From: Octopus sinensis
Taxonomy: Eukaryota
Assembly: GCF_006345805.1 (NCBI RefSeq)
Contig: NC_043020.1
Coordinates: 23,622,001 to 23,686,000, forward strand
Length of the DNA stretch: 64,000 nt
Direction of reading: 5' to 3'
The notes beneath the pieces are model-generated. The model did not search any database, was not told where the DNA came from, and saw nothing but the letters and a program-made list of their open reading frames with translations. The position numbers were made by a program, and so were the translations under genes. Shown here in pieces: positions 11,367-25,922 of this stretch (position 1 is the stretch's first letter; each line of letters starts with the position of its first letter).

Positions 11367-12915
11367 TGTACAAACTTAAACATTTAAAGAAACTCTAAAA
11401 ACTCATTACTCCCCACGTCCCCCTATATTTTACTCTACTCAGGCCACAATTATTGAGCCTACTTAGGAGCCTGTACATGAGCCTTAGGTATCTTTTATAT
11501 TTTTACTTGTTTCACTCGTAACAATGCGGCCATGCTGGGGCACAGCTTGGAGAAAATTCTAATCGAACGAATCAACACCAGTATTTAACTTTTGCTTAAA
11601 GCTAAGTACTTATTCCATAAGCCTCTTTTGTCGAACCGCTGAGTTACGGGGATGTAAACACACCAATATTGGTTGTCAATCGGTGGTGGGACACAACGTT
11701 GCTTTTTCAGGAAACGCAAAAACAGTTTCATCATTCCATTTCTTTTTACATTAACAACAGTTTCAGGTAAAACAATAATACTTCGCTGGGGGCATAAAAT
11801 CGTAATTTCATGCATGCATAATATTTTCAGTCAGAAATTTTTTGCAAAACTCGTATATGGGGCTCACTACACTTTTGAAAAATGCTAAACCGTTGTACTA
11901 CGCTTAGACAATTTACAACTGAAGCAGCTGGAGATACAATAGTTTGACAAAAAGAACCGGATATTGCAATCGAAATCAAATATTGAAAACAAAAACAGGA
12001 CATACGATAGTTTAACATAATAGCAACGTATATATATATATGGAATGTTGGCGATTGTTTTCCTCCATCTTCCTTTTTGTTCAATTTTCCAATGTCTCCT
12101 AGTTCCGAAGAAGAACATTTACTCGAAAAGTAAAACAACCACACTTTCTTTCCTTCTCTGTGCGTCTTATAAATACTTTGCATGTACCACGTAATCATGT
12201 TATTCTTTTTTCTTGTATTTTGTCTCTGCTTTTTTTTAATTAATTGTACATACATTCTGTTGCTGTAGCCCCAGGAAACGTCGTCTCAAGCTGGCTATAC
12301 GACAAACATCTGTGTCCTTATATTTTCGAGCACGGAAGTTTAGTAACCCCACTCAGCACAAAGCAATATCTGTGGGCCACGGTTTCTGGGTTATTTCACT
12401 TCCTCGGCACTGAATAACTGCTTTTCTCAGATGGCGCTGCCAAATTCCCGTTCGGAAATATATAATTTGCAAAGTGATACGCAATCGCTGATGTACTCAA
12501 TAGGAACTTTATTAATTCTAAATCTTTCAACGAGATATAAACAGTAACATCATGGACACAGACTACGTATTCGCCTGAAATTCCCCTTAAAGGCTCTGAA
12601 ACCAGTTTCCATCACATTATAAAGGAAACAGGGGATACATTCGCTAATGTATTTCGAGATAAACTTAATCTAGGATTATTATTATAAAAAAAAAAGAAAA
12701 TACGAAGATAACTGGATAATCAGATTTCATTGAAAATCTGCTTTAAACTATCCTGTGTTTGATCTCCGAAAAATAGCAGCAAAATTTCCTTTAGACGAAA
12801 GCTTCTGAAACCAAAATGTTCCATCGTCTAGAAAATCAACAGGAAGTACAGGTTGTCTAATACATTCCCGGATAAATTCAACCAAGGACATATTAAATTA
12901 ATAAAAAAAGAGAAA

Positions 12916-13320
12916 GGCGTAGGAGTGGCTGTGTGGTAAGTAGCTTACTTACCAACCACATGGTTCCGGGTTCTGTCTCACAGCGTGGCACCTTGGGCAA
13001 GTGTCTTCTACTAAAGCCTCGGGCCGACCAAAGCCTTGTGAGTGGATTTGGTAGACGGAAACTGAAAGAAGCCCATCGTATATATGCTTATATATGTATA
13101 TATGTATGTGTGTGTCTGTGTATGTTTTTGTAAACCCCGCCCCAACATCGCTTCACAACTGATGCTGGTGTGTTTACGTACCCGTACCTTAGCGGTTCGG
13201 CAAAAAGAGACCGATAAAATAAGTACTAGGCTTATAAAGAATAAGTCCCGGGGTCGATTTGCTCGACTAAAGGCGGTGCTTCAACATGGCCGCTGTCAAA
13301 TGAATGAAACAAGTAAAATA
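12916..13320 (+). mobile_element. Type A SINE
   Basis: Full head and tail; duplicate at 20472-20870 lacks ~25 bp of the head. Confidence 0.85.
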
Positions 13321-13917
13321 ATAAAAAGACAAATAAAGAGAAAGAGAACCGGATAAAAAAAAGCTCAATAAAGACCTGCAATAAAGAACGTCAACAGTAA
13401 CAGCAACAATATATGGAATTTGAAAAAATAACGAACGCAAGAAACAGAAGAGAATCAAAGAACGCACATTGTATATTTCCAAACAGGGAAAGCATCAATG
13501 TTTTTTTGGTGTAAATTGTAACAAGTTTCGGGTGAAATGATTCCCTGCTTCTCTTGTTTCAATCACAAACTGATATTTACAGATCTATATCGTTTAACAC
13601 GTCTTAAATTGAAATCGTTCGCTACGTGTTTACAAAGCATTGCTATTCTCAGTACACACACGCGTGTACATAGGGAATGCAAAGGTATATATATATTTAT
13701 GTATGTGTATGTGTGTGTACATACATATACACATATATATGCATGTATATATGTACATATGTATATATGTGTATATATATCTATAGAGAGAGCGAGAAAG
13801 AAATATATACATAATTACATTCATATATATGTGTGTGTGTGTGCGTGTGTGTATGTGCGTGTATAGCGTGAGTACCTATATTTGGGTATGTTTCTATGTG
13901 TGCGACTATGCGTATAA

Positions 13918-13969
<52 letters not shown>

Positions 13970-14017
13970 TTGTGTATATAGGTATATTTTATGCATATAT
14001 ATATAGAGAGAGATAGG

Positions 14018-14082
<65 letters not shown>

Positions 14083-14182
14083 TGTGTGTGTGCTTGTGTT
14101 TCTATATCTGTCTATTCGTATGTGTGCATGTGTATGTACATATACCTATCTATACGCACATACATATATGAATATATATACG

Positions 14183-14215
<33 letters not shown>

Positions 14216-14254
14216 TGAGTGTGTGTGCATGTGCGTCTGTGTGTGTGTGTGTGT

Positions 14255-14313
<59 letters not shown>

Positions 14314-14448
14314 CCACAAAGGCTCTGATGAAAGATTGCATCTTTGTAATTGATCACTTCAGTTTATTAAACATTCGAAATTGCTTCAATACAAATGGTA
14401 TTTTGAAACGACTAGTTGCTTCCGCAATTTCTATTTCTATCTCTGTTA

Positions 14449-14493
<45 letters not shown>

Positions 14494-14771
14494 CTTCTCC
14501 CTTTCCCTCACTCTCTCTCTCTTTTCCTCTTTCTCGCTGTTTCTCGCTCCTTTCCACTATATATAAATATACATACATACATACATACATACATACATTC
14601 ATACATACAGAGAGAGAGAGACTTAAGTATACACATGGAGCATAAACCTATATTTATATGTGTGTGTCTGCACTTATAGGTATCTCAGTAAATCTACCTA
14701 TTTATCCCTCCATCCATCTCTCTAACTCTCCATCTACCTATCTATGCAAAGATATACCTACATATATATAT

Positions 14772-14828
<57 letters not shown>

Positions 14829-14985
14829 AAGAGAGAGAGAGAGAGAGAGTATAAGAAGAAAAATTTCAACGTTATATATATATATAAATAACAAAGTGGA
14901 GTTGTGGGGTACCGCACGAGTGGAATTATATACGAAGGAACGTTTGCATTTTCAAACCTTCTTTCGTATTATATTATATATATAT

Positions 14986-15036
<51 letters not shown>

Positions 15037-16114
15037 TTATATAATATATATATTTATTTATTATCTATATATATATTATTTATATATATATATATATTAT
15101 ATATATATTATATATATATATATATATATACATGCATATATATATATTTATTTATATATATATAATAACATATATATATATGCGCACTCACACATATACG
15201 TGCGAATATTCATCATTTTGAAATTTCCCGTATCAAGGAGGGCTCGATCAAGGCCAGAAGCAACGTCTTCTCACACCTCCTTAGAACTCTGCCATATACA
15301 GCCTTTGTGAAGCAACGCTCATATGCACACGGCATGAAAAGTATCTCAGATCACACATATATTTCAATAAGATTTATCGAAACACACCTGTGTTCCTACT
15401 CTAAACTTTCCATAGTCACACAGAAAACTTTTCTCCAACACATGTTAGGTAACACAGATCCTACTAAGTGCGTTTTCTATCTGCTTATCAGCAACATGAG
15501 GGGATATCAAATGAAAGAAGCCCTTCATTATAAGATATATATTCATACAATACAGTGAGATAAACAGGCGGACAGATATGCAGACAGATATATAAGAAAA
15601 AGGCTAAAACTATTAGGACTGCTAATATTTCAAACTATTCATTGGAATTGTTTGTTCCTTCTCGAGCCATGCCTGGATCATAAGAGCCGGTTATCCGGTT
15701 TCCTTGTCGTACAGGTTCCCCATCTGGATGGGACGCCGGTCCGTCGCAGGTGAGCTGCAAGATAAAAGATCCGAAGGCGGAGAGAGAATGAGAGTGGAAG
15801 CAGTCAAGCGTGTTTATAGAGAGAAAATTGAGGGAAGGGAGGAAAGAGGGAAATCGAGGAAGACAGGGTGATATCCGTAAGAGACAATCGACAAACATTT
15901 GTCAAAGTCTGGGTTTTGTTGCCCTAGTAACCACAGCTTTTGAGATAGGGGTTTCTAACCTAGTCCAGTCGCTTTCTCGTCTCTTTTTATACGTCCATGT
16001 AAGTTTTGGCGCCAATCCCGCCCCATATACCGTCCCTTAAACCGTTCCCATCCCAAAATGAGACAAACAAATTTTTCGTATTTCAGCTTTATAGATATTG
16101 ATATGTTTTCTTTC

Positions 16115-16392
16115 CTTCTCGAGCCATGCCTTGTCCATAAGGGCCAGTTTCCCGGTTTCTTTGGCGTATAGGTTCCCCACCTGGACGGGACGCCAGTCCG
16201 TCGCAGGTGAGCTGCAAGATGCAGGAGGAAAGAGTGAGAGAAAATTGTTGCAAAAGTGTCGGCAGAAGTTCGCCATTACCTTCTGCCGGAGTCGCGTGGA
16301 GCTTAGGTGTTTCGCTCATAAACACACACATCGCCCGGTATGAGATTCGAAGCCGCGATTCCGCTGCTCTAACCACTAGGCCATGTGACTCA
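16115..16392 (-). mobile_element. Type C SINE (partial related copy at 15657-15790)
   Basis: Same head and body as 9000-9282. Confidence 0.75.
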
Positions 16393-16427
16393 ACTATTCA
16401 TATGAATTACAAATACATAACAATTGG

Positions 16428-16700
16428 TTACGGCGACGAGGGTTCCAATTGATCCAGTCAACGAAGCTGCCCGCTGGTGAAATTAACCTGCAAGTGGCTG
16501 AGCATTCAATTGACACGCGTAACCAAAGCGTAGTTTTCAGGGAGATTCCGCGTGACACAGAGTGTGACAAGTTTGGCCCTTTGAAATACACGTACAGCTC
16601 AGTTTTGCCGGCTGAGTGAACTGGAGCAACGTGTAATAAAGTGTCTTCCTTAAGGACCAAACGCTCCACCGGAGATCGAACTCCATTTGAATGTAATTGA
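16428..16700 (-). mobile_element. Type D SINE with a Deu/Nin-like central domain
   Basis: Minus strand GGAGTTCGATCTCC (B-box) then GACACTTTATTACACGTTGCTCCAGTTCACTCAGCCGGCAAAA. Confidence 0.55.
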
Positions 16701-17312
16701 CGTTGAATTTTTCCTTTCAAATCATGCCAAAGACCACAGGTCGAAGTCAGGGCGACAAAAAACTTTTGACACAAAAAGACGAACATTTAAGTGAAATTAA
16801 CAGACATTGTGTGATTTTGAATGGATAACGTCTGCCACACTGCAATCGTTATAGTTCAACAGGTTGTCTGAGAAGAAATCGCTTACCCAGCGTAAGTATA
16901 TATCCGAAATCCGTCAACATACTTTTCTCAATAAATATACTTGTTCTCCATTCTATCCTTTGTGCTACAACATGGGAATTGTTCTTCTATCGTATCTTAT
17001 TCAAAAGCAGAAACAGACCTTCCAGCAGCTGGAAGAATTACAAATGTAACAACAATTTCCAGTTTTTTATCATATGCTCTGCTGCTTGTTTCTTAAATGT
17101 TGAGCAAATCCGTTTAGCTCTTTGTGACATTTCATCTTTTTCAACCATGGTTTTTACTTTATCATTCTGGTATTTTCGTAAGATGTATTATTTTTAAACA
17201 ACAAAAGCAAGCAGTATTCTTTAGACGGCTTCGTAAACGTGTTCGTGACAGCCATAGAAGAAATATATTGCTTAAAATATGTCGAAACATATATTCCATT
17301 TATATATATATA

Positions 17313-17360
<48 letters not shown>

Positions 17361-17367
17361 ATATATA

Positions 17368-17407
<40 letters not shown>

Positions 17408-17530
17408 CTATGTATGTATATATGTATATATATATATATATATATATACATATATATACATATATATATATACATGTGTGTGTATGCATATACAGGAAAA
17501 TATATATATATATATACGTGTGTATGTAGG

Positions 17531-17573
<43 letters not shown>

Positions 17574-17943
17574 AATACATATAACATATATATATATATA
17601 TATATATAATACATATAACATATATATATACTTTTCTGCTGAAGGCACAAGGGCCGAGATTTGGGGGTGGAGGCCAGTCAATTAGATCGACTCCGTACGC
17701 AACTGGTATTTAAAGGAATTTGAACTCAGAAAGTAAAGACATATTTAACAAACACACACACACATACACACACACACATATATATATATATATCATACAT
17801 ATATATATCATATATATATATATATATATATAATATATATATAATATATAATATATATATATATATTTATATATATATATATAGGTATTCATACGTACGT
17901 ACATATATATGTTGATATTCATATATACATATATACATATATC

Positions 17944-18190
17944 GTAACCATGTTGCCAGCATTAAGACAACCAATCAGAGACTTTAAACATCTTTGGCAG
18001 ATTTTGTATGGCGACTGAAGGAGGATAAAATGAAGTATAGCGTTAATTGGTCAATAGAAAAGTATGTGAAACCATATAATATGATTTCCAGGCGATGCCG
18101 TCTCTGCTCCGAGGAATTTCTCTCTATTCTCTGGACTAACGAGATGATAATTAATAGAATTTCTGAACGACCCTCTAGATGCCTACACGC
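17944..18190 (+). mobile_element. PLE GIY-YIG C-terminal fragment
   Basis: ADFVWRLKEDKMKYSVNWSI..KPY..SRRCRLCSEE...INRISE..SRCLH matches the C-terminal half of PLE endonucleases. Confidence 0.7.
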
Positions 18191-18564
18191 AATAAAAATA
18201 AAAGCAGTTAATCCCTTATCACTTAGCCATAAACAAATAACTGAAGACAACAATAATTGTTGCAAACAAATAGCCATCATATTAAAAACTTAAATTACAG
18301 AGATGTACTTGCATAGCAAGTGACCTGATCTGAGATTGTGTGCTGGAACGAAAACAATTGCAGCGTGGAAGGTGTTTATAAGCCATTTAAGAAACACACA
18401 AAAGCCGTTAGATTCACTTCAACATTTAAATTTAATTTGTCGAAATATTTTCGTCGCTTTGAGACTGCGACTTGTTCACTGACAAAACTTAAATTCAAAT
18501 GTTGAAGTGAATCTAACGTTTTTTGTGTGTTTCTTAAATGGCTTATAAACACCTTCTCCCTGCA

Positions 18565-18609
<45 letters not shown>

Positions 18610-21600
18610 CGGAGGAGATGTACTTGCATAGCGAGTGACTTGATCAGAGATCCTGTGCTGGAACGAAAACAATTGCAGCGTGGAAGGTGTTATAAGCCAT
18701 TTAAGAAACACACAAAATCCTTTAGATTCACTTCAACACTTAAATTTAATTTGCCGAAATATTTTCGTCGCTTTGAGACTGCGACCTGTTCACTGATAGA
18801 ATTCCGTGCTAGTGAACAGTTCGGGTCTCAAAGCGACGGAAATATTTTGACGAATTGAATTTAAATTTGAAGTGAATCTAAAGGATTTTGTGTGTTCTTA
18901 AATGGCTTATAAACACCTTCCACGCTGCAAGTGTACAAACTTAAACATTTAAAGAAACTCTAAAAACTCATTACTCCCCACGTCCCCCTATATTTACTCT
19001 ACTCGGCCACAATTATTGAGCCTACTTAGGAGCCTGTACATGAGCCTTGGTATCTTTTATATTTTTACTTGTTTCACTCGTAACAATGCGGCCATGCTGG
19101 GGCACAGCTTGGAGAAAATTCTAATCGAACGAATCATCAACACCAGTATTAACTTTTGCTTAAAGCTAAGTAGTACTTATTCATAGCCTCTTTTGTCGAA
19201 CCGCTGAGTTACGGGGATGTAAACACACCAATATTGGTTGTCAATCGGTGGTGGGACACAACGTTGCTTTTTCAGGAAACGCAAAAACAGTTTCATCATT
19301 CCATTTCTTTTTACATTAGCAACAGTTTCAGGTAAAACAATAATACTTCGCTGGGGGCATAAAATCGTAATTTCATGCATGCATAATATTTTCAGTCAGA
19401 AATATTTTTGCAAAACTCGTATATGGGGCTCACTACACTTTTGAAAAATGCTAAACCGTTGTACTACGCTTAGACAATTTACAACTGAAGCAGCTGGAGA
19501 TACAATAGTTTGACAAAAAGAACCGGATATTGCAATCGAAATCAAATATTGAAAACAAAAACAGGACATACGATAGTTTAACATAATAGCAACGTATATA
19601 TATATATGGAATGTTGGCGATTGTTTTCCTCCATCTTCCTTTTTGTTCAATTTTCCAATGTCTCCTGGTTCCGAAGAAGAACATTTACTCGAAAAGTAAA
19701 ACAACCACACTTCTTTCCTTCTCTGTGCGTCTTATAAATACTTTGCATGTACCACGTAATCATGTTATCTTTTTTCTTGTATTTTGTCTCTGTTTTTTTT
19801 AATTAATTGTACATACATTCTGTTGCTGTAGCCCCAGGAAACGTCGTCTCAAGCTGGCTATACGACACACATCTGTGTCCTTATATTTTCGAGCACGGAA
19901 GTTTAGTAACCCCACTCAGCACAAAGCAATATCTGTGGGCCACGGTTTCTGGGTTATTTCACTTTCTCGGCACTGAATAACTGCTTTTCTCAGATGGCGC
20001 TGCCAAATTCCCGTTCGGAAATATATAATTTGCAAAGTGATACGCAATCGCTGATGTACTCAATAGAAACTTTATTAATTCTAAATCTTTCAACGAGATA
20101 TAAACAGTAACATCATGGACACAGACTACGTATTCGCCTGAAATCCCCCTTAAAGGCTCTGAAACCAGTTTCCATCACATTATAAAGGAAACAGGGGATA
20201 CATTCGCTAATGTATTTCGAGATAAACTTAATCTAGGATTTATTATTATAAAAAAAAAGAAAATACGAAGATAACTGGATAATCAGATTTCATTGAAAAT
20301 CTGCTTTAAACTATCCTGTGTTTGATCTCCGAAAAATAGCAGCAAAATTTCCTTTAGCCGAAAGCTTCTGAAACCAAAATGTTCCATCGTCTAGAAAATC
20401 AACAGGAAGGACAGGTTGTCTAATACATTCCCGGATAAATTCAACCAAGGACATATTAAATTAATAAAAAAAGTAAGTAGCTTACTTACCAACCACATGG
20501 TTCCGGGTTCAGTCTCACAGCGTGGCACCTTGGGCAAGTGTCTTCTACTAAAGCCTCGGGCCGACCAAAGCTTTGTGAGTGGATTTGATAGACGGAAACT
20601 GAAAGAAGCCCATCGTATATATGCTTATATATGTATAATGTATGTGTGTGTCTGTGTATGTTTTTGTAAACCCCGCCCCAACATCGCTTCACAACTGATG
20701 CTGGTGTGTTTACGTACCGTACCTTAGCGGTTCGGCAAAAGAGACCGATAAAATAAGTACTAGGGCTTATAAAGAATAAGTCCCGGGGTCGATTTGCTCG
20801 ACTAAAGGCGGTGCTTCAAAATGGCCGCTGTCAAATGAATGAAACAAGTAAAATAATAAAAAGACAAAAAAGAGAAAGAGAACCGGATAAAAAAAAGCTC
20901 AATAAAGACCTGCAATAAAGAACGTCAACAGTAACAGCAACAATATATGGAATTGAAAAATAACGAACGCAAGAAACAGAAGAGAATCAAAGAACGCACA
21001 TTGTATATTTCACACAGGGAAAGCATCAATGTTTTTTTGGTGTAAATTGTAACAAGTTTCGGGTGAAATGATTCCCTGCTTCTCTTGTTTCAATCACAAA
21101 CTGATATTACAGATCTATATCGTTTAACACGTCTTAAATTGAAATCGTTCGCTACGTGTTTACAAAGCATTGCTATTCTCAGTACACACACGCGTGTACA
21201 TAGGGAATGCAAAGGTATATATATATTTATGTATGTGTATGTGTGTGTACATACATATACACATATATATGCATGTATATATGTACATATGTATATATGT
21301 GTATATATATCTATAGAGAGAGCGAGAAAGAAATATATACATAATTACATTCATATATATGTGTGTGTGACAAGTTTGGCCCTTTGAAATACACGTACAG
21401 CTCAGTTTTGCCGGCTGAGTGAACTGGAGCAACGTGTAATAAAGTGTCTTCCTTAAGGACCAAACGCTCCACCGGAGATCGTACTCCATTTGAATGTAAT
21501 TGACGTTGAATTTTTCCTTTCAAATCATGCCAAAGACCACAGGTCGAAGTCAGGGCGACAAAAAACTTTTGACACAAAAAGACGAACATTTAAGTGAAAT

Positions 21601-22169
21601 TAACAGACATTGTGTGATTTTGAATGGATAACGTCTGCCACACTGCAATCGTTATAGTTCAACAGGTTGTCTGAGAAGAAATCGCTTACCCAGCGTAAGT
21701 ATATATCCGAAATCCGTCAACATACTTTTCTCAATAAATATACTTGTTCTCCATTCTATCCTTTGTGCTACAACATGGGAATTGTTCTTCTATCGTATCT
21801 TATTCAAAAGCAGAAACAGACCTTCCAGCAGCTGAAGAAAGAATTACAAATGTAACAACAATTTCCAGTTTTTTATCATATGCTCTGCTGCTTGTTTCTT
21901 AAATGTTGAGCAAATCCGTTTAGCTCTTTGTGACATTTCATCTTTTTCAACCATGGCTTTTACTTTATCATTCTGGTATTTTCGTAAGATGTATATTTTA
22001 AACAACAAAAGCAAGCAGTATTCTTTAGACGGCTTCGTAAACGTGTTCGTGACAGCCATAGAAGAAATATTGCTTAAAATATGTCGAAAACATATATTCC
22101 ATTTATATATATATATGTATATATATATATATAATATATATATATTATAGATATGTATCTATGTATGTA

Positions 22170-22207
<38 letters not shown>

Positions 22208-22988
22208 TGATATATATATATACATATATATATATACATGTGTGTGTATGCATATACAGGAAAAAATATATATATATACGTGTATGTAGGTATTATATAA
22301 TATATATATTATATAATATATATATATATATATAAACATATAACATATATATATATATATGTATATATATATAATACATATAACATATATATATACTTTT
22401 CTGCTGAAGGCACAAGGCCGAGATTTTGGGGGTGGAGGCCAGTCAATTAGATCGACTCCAGTACGCAACTGGTATTTAAAGGAATTTGAACTCAGAAAGT
22501 AAAGACATATTTAACAAACACACACACACACATACACAACATATATATATATATATCATACATATATATATCATATATATATATATAATATATATATATA
22601 TATAATATATTATATATATATATATAATATATATATAATATAATATATATATATATTTTATATATATATATTATAGGTATTCATACGTACGTACATATAT
22701 ATGTTGATATTCATATATACATATATACATATATCGTAACCATGTTGCCAGCATTAAGACAACCAATCAGAGACTTTAAACATCTTTGGCAGATTTTGTA
22801 TGGCGACTGAAGGAGGATAAAATGAAGTATAGCGTTAATTGGTCAATAGAAAGGTATGTGAAACCATATAATATGATTTCCAGGCGATGCCGCCTCTGCT
22901 CCGAGGAATTTCTCTCTATTCTCTGGACTAACGAGATGATAATTAATAGAATTTCTGAACGACCCTCTAGATGCCTACACGCAATAAA
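18191..22988. repeat. Second unit of the tandem duplication, lacking the 13840-16561 segment
   Basis: Junction at ~21364-21369 (GTGTG microhomology); includes duplicates of the fold-back elements (~18296-18930). Confidence 0.9.
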
Positions 22989-23365
22989 ATGTACTTTCGC
23001 ACAATGCAGTCAGAATTAATTTTGAGTAACCGTTCACTTAACTTAATTTACCTTAAGGTAAGAATGCCTTAAGTTTAGTTTATACATCCATATTTGTTAA
23101 CGGTTATTTTTGATACTTAATACTTTTCTCGCTGGATTGCGTGTTCGTTTCTCTTTTTGTCACATATTTTATTTTTTAACTTTCCTCCGTCTTGCTACTT
23201 ATTTCTCTACAAAACGGAGGGTTACATTGCTGAACAGTCATTTTAAAGAGTTATATTTATTTATTACCCGACGAGACATTTCAGCACCACCGGATGCTCC
23301 TAGATGTGTCGTAACAATTGTCGTGATTAATAATAAATTCTTGTATATTCCATCTTCTGTCTTTC
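22735..23365 (+). mobile_element. PLE 3' fragment: GIY-YIG C-terminus plus T-rich 3' UTR with an HHR-like motif
   Basis: ORF 22786-23019, then a UTR whose end (23281-23360) matches 10095-10215. Confidence 0.6.
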
Positions 23366-23836
23366 ATTTCCTACATACATACATACATAAACACATATAT
23401 ATGTATATGTGTGTGTATGTGTGTGTATGTGTGGGGATATGTGCATATATGCCCATCTGCCTGTATATTAAGTATCTAATGGGCGCGTATACGTGTACAT
23501 GTGTATATGTATGTGTATATATAAATATGTAAGTAGGAATTACATGCACGTATGTATGTGGATATATGTGTGTGTGTGTGCGTGTGTGTATGGCTGTATA
23601 GGTACTTATGTGTATAACTATATGTGTGTTTCTATGTATATGCAAAAGAATTTGAGTGTATATATTTCTATATCAGTCAATTCACGTTTATATAGTTAAA
23701 TTTATGTACGCCTATATTATATGTAAATATCCAAGTATACTAATTACTGTGTCTGTCCACTACCTTACTATAAATTACTCAAGCTCCTTTTTCGTTTGTT
23801 TTCCCCTTCTATGAAAACATACTCAATAATGCTTGA

Positions 23837-24048
23837 GCTTTCTCCGTCCGGGTTGCGGATCCGTGGAACAAGCTGCCAGACGAGATGGTGAAGATGCCGA
23901 CGACCGCTTTGTTCAAAGCCTCCCTGGACCTCAAGTGGCCTGAACTCTTTACATGAACACCACCCTGTACTTAACTCCATATCCCCCTACATGGCCTTGC
24001 TATTTGCTTTTGAGCCAAATTAACCAACTAAATAACTAACTAACTAAC
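23837..24048 (+). mobile_element. CR1-clade LINE 3' end
   Basis: Plus frame AFSVRVADPWNKLPDEMVKMPTTALFKASLDLKW* (CR1 ORF2 C-terminal motif), short UTR, (TAAC)n tail. Confidence 0.75.
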
Positions 24049-24142
24049 AAGTATAATACAGACATCTGGAATTAATTTCAATTAAAGGACGGGCTTACAT
24101 TCATCCAACACACACACGCACAACACACACAATATATATATA

Positions 24143-24216
<74 letters not shown>

Positions 24217-24407
24217 ATAAATTAAACATACTATTGACAATCCAATCATTTATTTATGTTATATTACAATATTACATAAATTACTTTGAAAGTAATATAA
24301 ATAACATAAATATAATAACCAGTGAATTGGATGTTAACACATCCATTTGAAGAATTTCCTCTCCTCCGTTTGTTACTTTGTATCTATATATATATATATA
24401 TATATAT

Positions 24408-24482
<75 letters not shown>

Positions 24483-24791
24483 AAGTGGGAAGCAAAGCAG
24501 TAAATTGTAGAATTATAAATTTAAAATTATAACACCTCATAGATTACGGCTGTTTCCGCTTAACTAATAGAACGAAGTTTTTCATGAATAATCAAATCCT
24601 TTTAAATATGTAATGATGCTTCATCAGATAGACATACGAGCTTCTTTGTGTTTTTGTCTAGCAAATCTACTCAAAAGACTTTGGTCGGCGTGAGGCTACA
24701 GTGGAAGTTACTAAGTCAGGGTGTCACGCAGTGAGATTGATCCCTCCTACCACACATCCACGCCTGTGCCTTTATATATATATATATATAT

Positions 24792-25030
24792 ATCACGTGA
24801 TCACGTGACCGACCAGACCATCAGATGTTGTTACACAGGCCAACAGAAGAAATAGTGAGAGAAAGAGTGGTGAAAGAGTACAGCAGGCATCACCCCCTCC
24901 CTGCCGGAGCCTCGTGGAGCTTTTATGTGTTTTCGCTCAATAAACACTCACAACGCCCGGTCTGGGAAACGAAACCGCGATCCTACGACCGCGAGTCCGC
25001 TGCCCTAACCACTGGGCCATTGCGCCTCCA
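24792..25030 (-). mobile_element. Type C SINE, internally deleted
   Basis: tRNA-like head GGAGGCGCAATGGCCCAGTGGTTAGGGCAGCGGACTCGCGG...GGTTTCGTTTCC. Confidence 0.8.
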
Positions 25031-25341
25031 TATATATATATATATATATATACATATATGAAAAAATAAGTCAAAATAGAAAATGCTAAAATAATTTTAT
25101 AGTGAACATTTCAGTACCGGTTTCGGTCATTTTGAGATGATGCAGCCTTGATTTCTGAAGTCACGTCGTGGTTGGAGGACCAAGCTGGGGTCTTCTACAA
25201 AAACGGTCGCTAGAGCTGTATCAAACGATGGGAGAAATGCATACTCTGGGTAGTTCCTATGTAGGAAAAGACTAATAACTGTGCCAAGTGTCGTTGCTCT
25301 ACTGCTATGGGAAGTGGGTCAGGGGCCATTACTTATATCTT

Positions 25342-25384
<43 letters not shown>

Positions 25385-25391
<7 letters not shown>

Positions 25392-25922
25392 GAAAAAATA
25401 AGTCAAAATAGAAAATGCTAAAATTATTTTATAGTGAACATTTCAGTACCGGTTTCGGTCATTTTGAGACCTTTTCAACTGTAACGATTAAATAATTAAA
25501 TTAGAAAAATTAAAAGAAAAGTTTTTTAAAGGAATATTTTATAGTAGTGTTCAGATATAAGTGGCATTCTGCCTTTCTCTGATCCCTTGTTTGCACTTGT
25601 GTGTTGGAGGTCGTTGTGAATTCTTGGTAGGGTAGAAGAAGAAGAAGGCTGATGAGGAGAGGGGTGGGAAAATCTGGGAGTGCCCTGATGGTCGTATTTT
25701 GAATGGTCAGTGGCGGCTAGCAGTCGCAGTTCAATCAGGAGAGAATATTTCTATTGAAAGGCTTGTTTATGGAATTTGCGTAGGTGTTATACTAAAAAGC
25801 ATTAGTGACAAAGTTAAGAGGTAGAAGGTGGAGAAGTAGAAGAAGAAGAAGAAGGAGAAGAAGAAGAAGATGACGATGTTTATGATGATGATGATTAAGA
25901 AGAAGGAGAATATGATTATATG
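25385..25922 (-). mobile_element. Inverted copy of the 3' region (pseudo-LTR) of the adjacent PLE
   Basis: 25811-25922 is the reverse complement of ~27853-28003; contains the HHR motif at 25444-25481; partial repeat at 25050-25137. Confidence 0.6.
25444..25481 (-). ncRNA. Minimal HHR motif, U3-A8 variant
   Basis: CAG TTGAAAA GGTC-TCAAAAT-GACC GAAA CCGG TA CTG. Confidence 0.65.

Larger units (their letters stand above)
10631..18190. repeat. First unit of a ~7.6-kb tandem segmental duplication
   Basis: 10631-13839 recurs at 18191-21369 and 16562-18197 recurs at 21364-22988. Confidence 0.9.

Noticed and set aside
12256-12292. CTGTTG CTG/CAG GAAACGTC motif
   Set aside because: Core incomplete and 5' stem I missing
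14322-14360. CTGATGA AAGA/TCTT motif
   Set aside because: GTAA instead of GAAA and no stem I
13537-17650. Many IY/CV/HT/LS-repeat ORFs (also at 33-34, 38-39, 46-48, 54-55, 57-58 and 63 kb)
   Set aside because: Translations of (TA)n, (TG)n, (CT)n and (TATC)n microsatellites
25646-25680. CTGATGA...GAAA on the plus strand
   Set aside because: No stem II pairing
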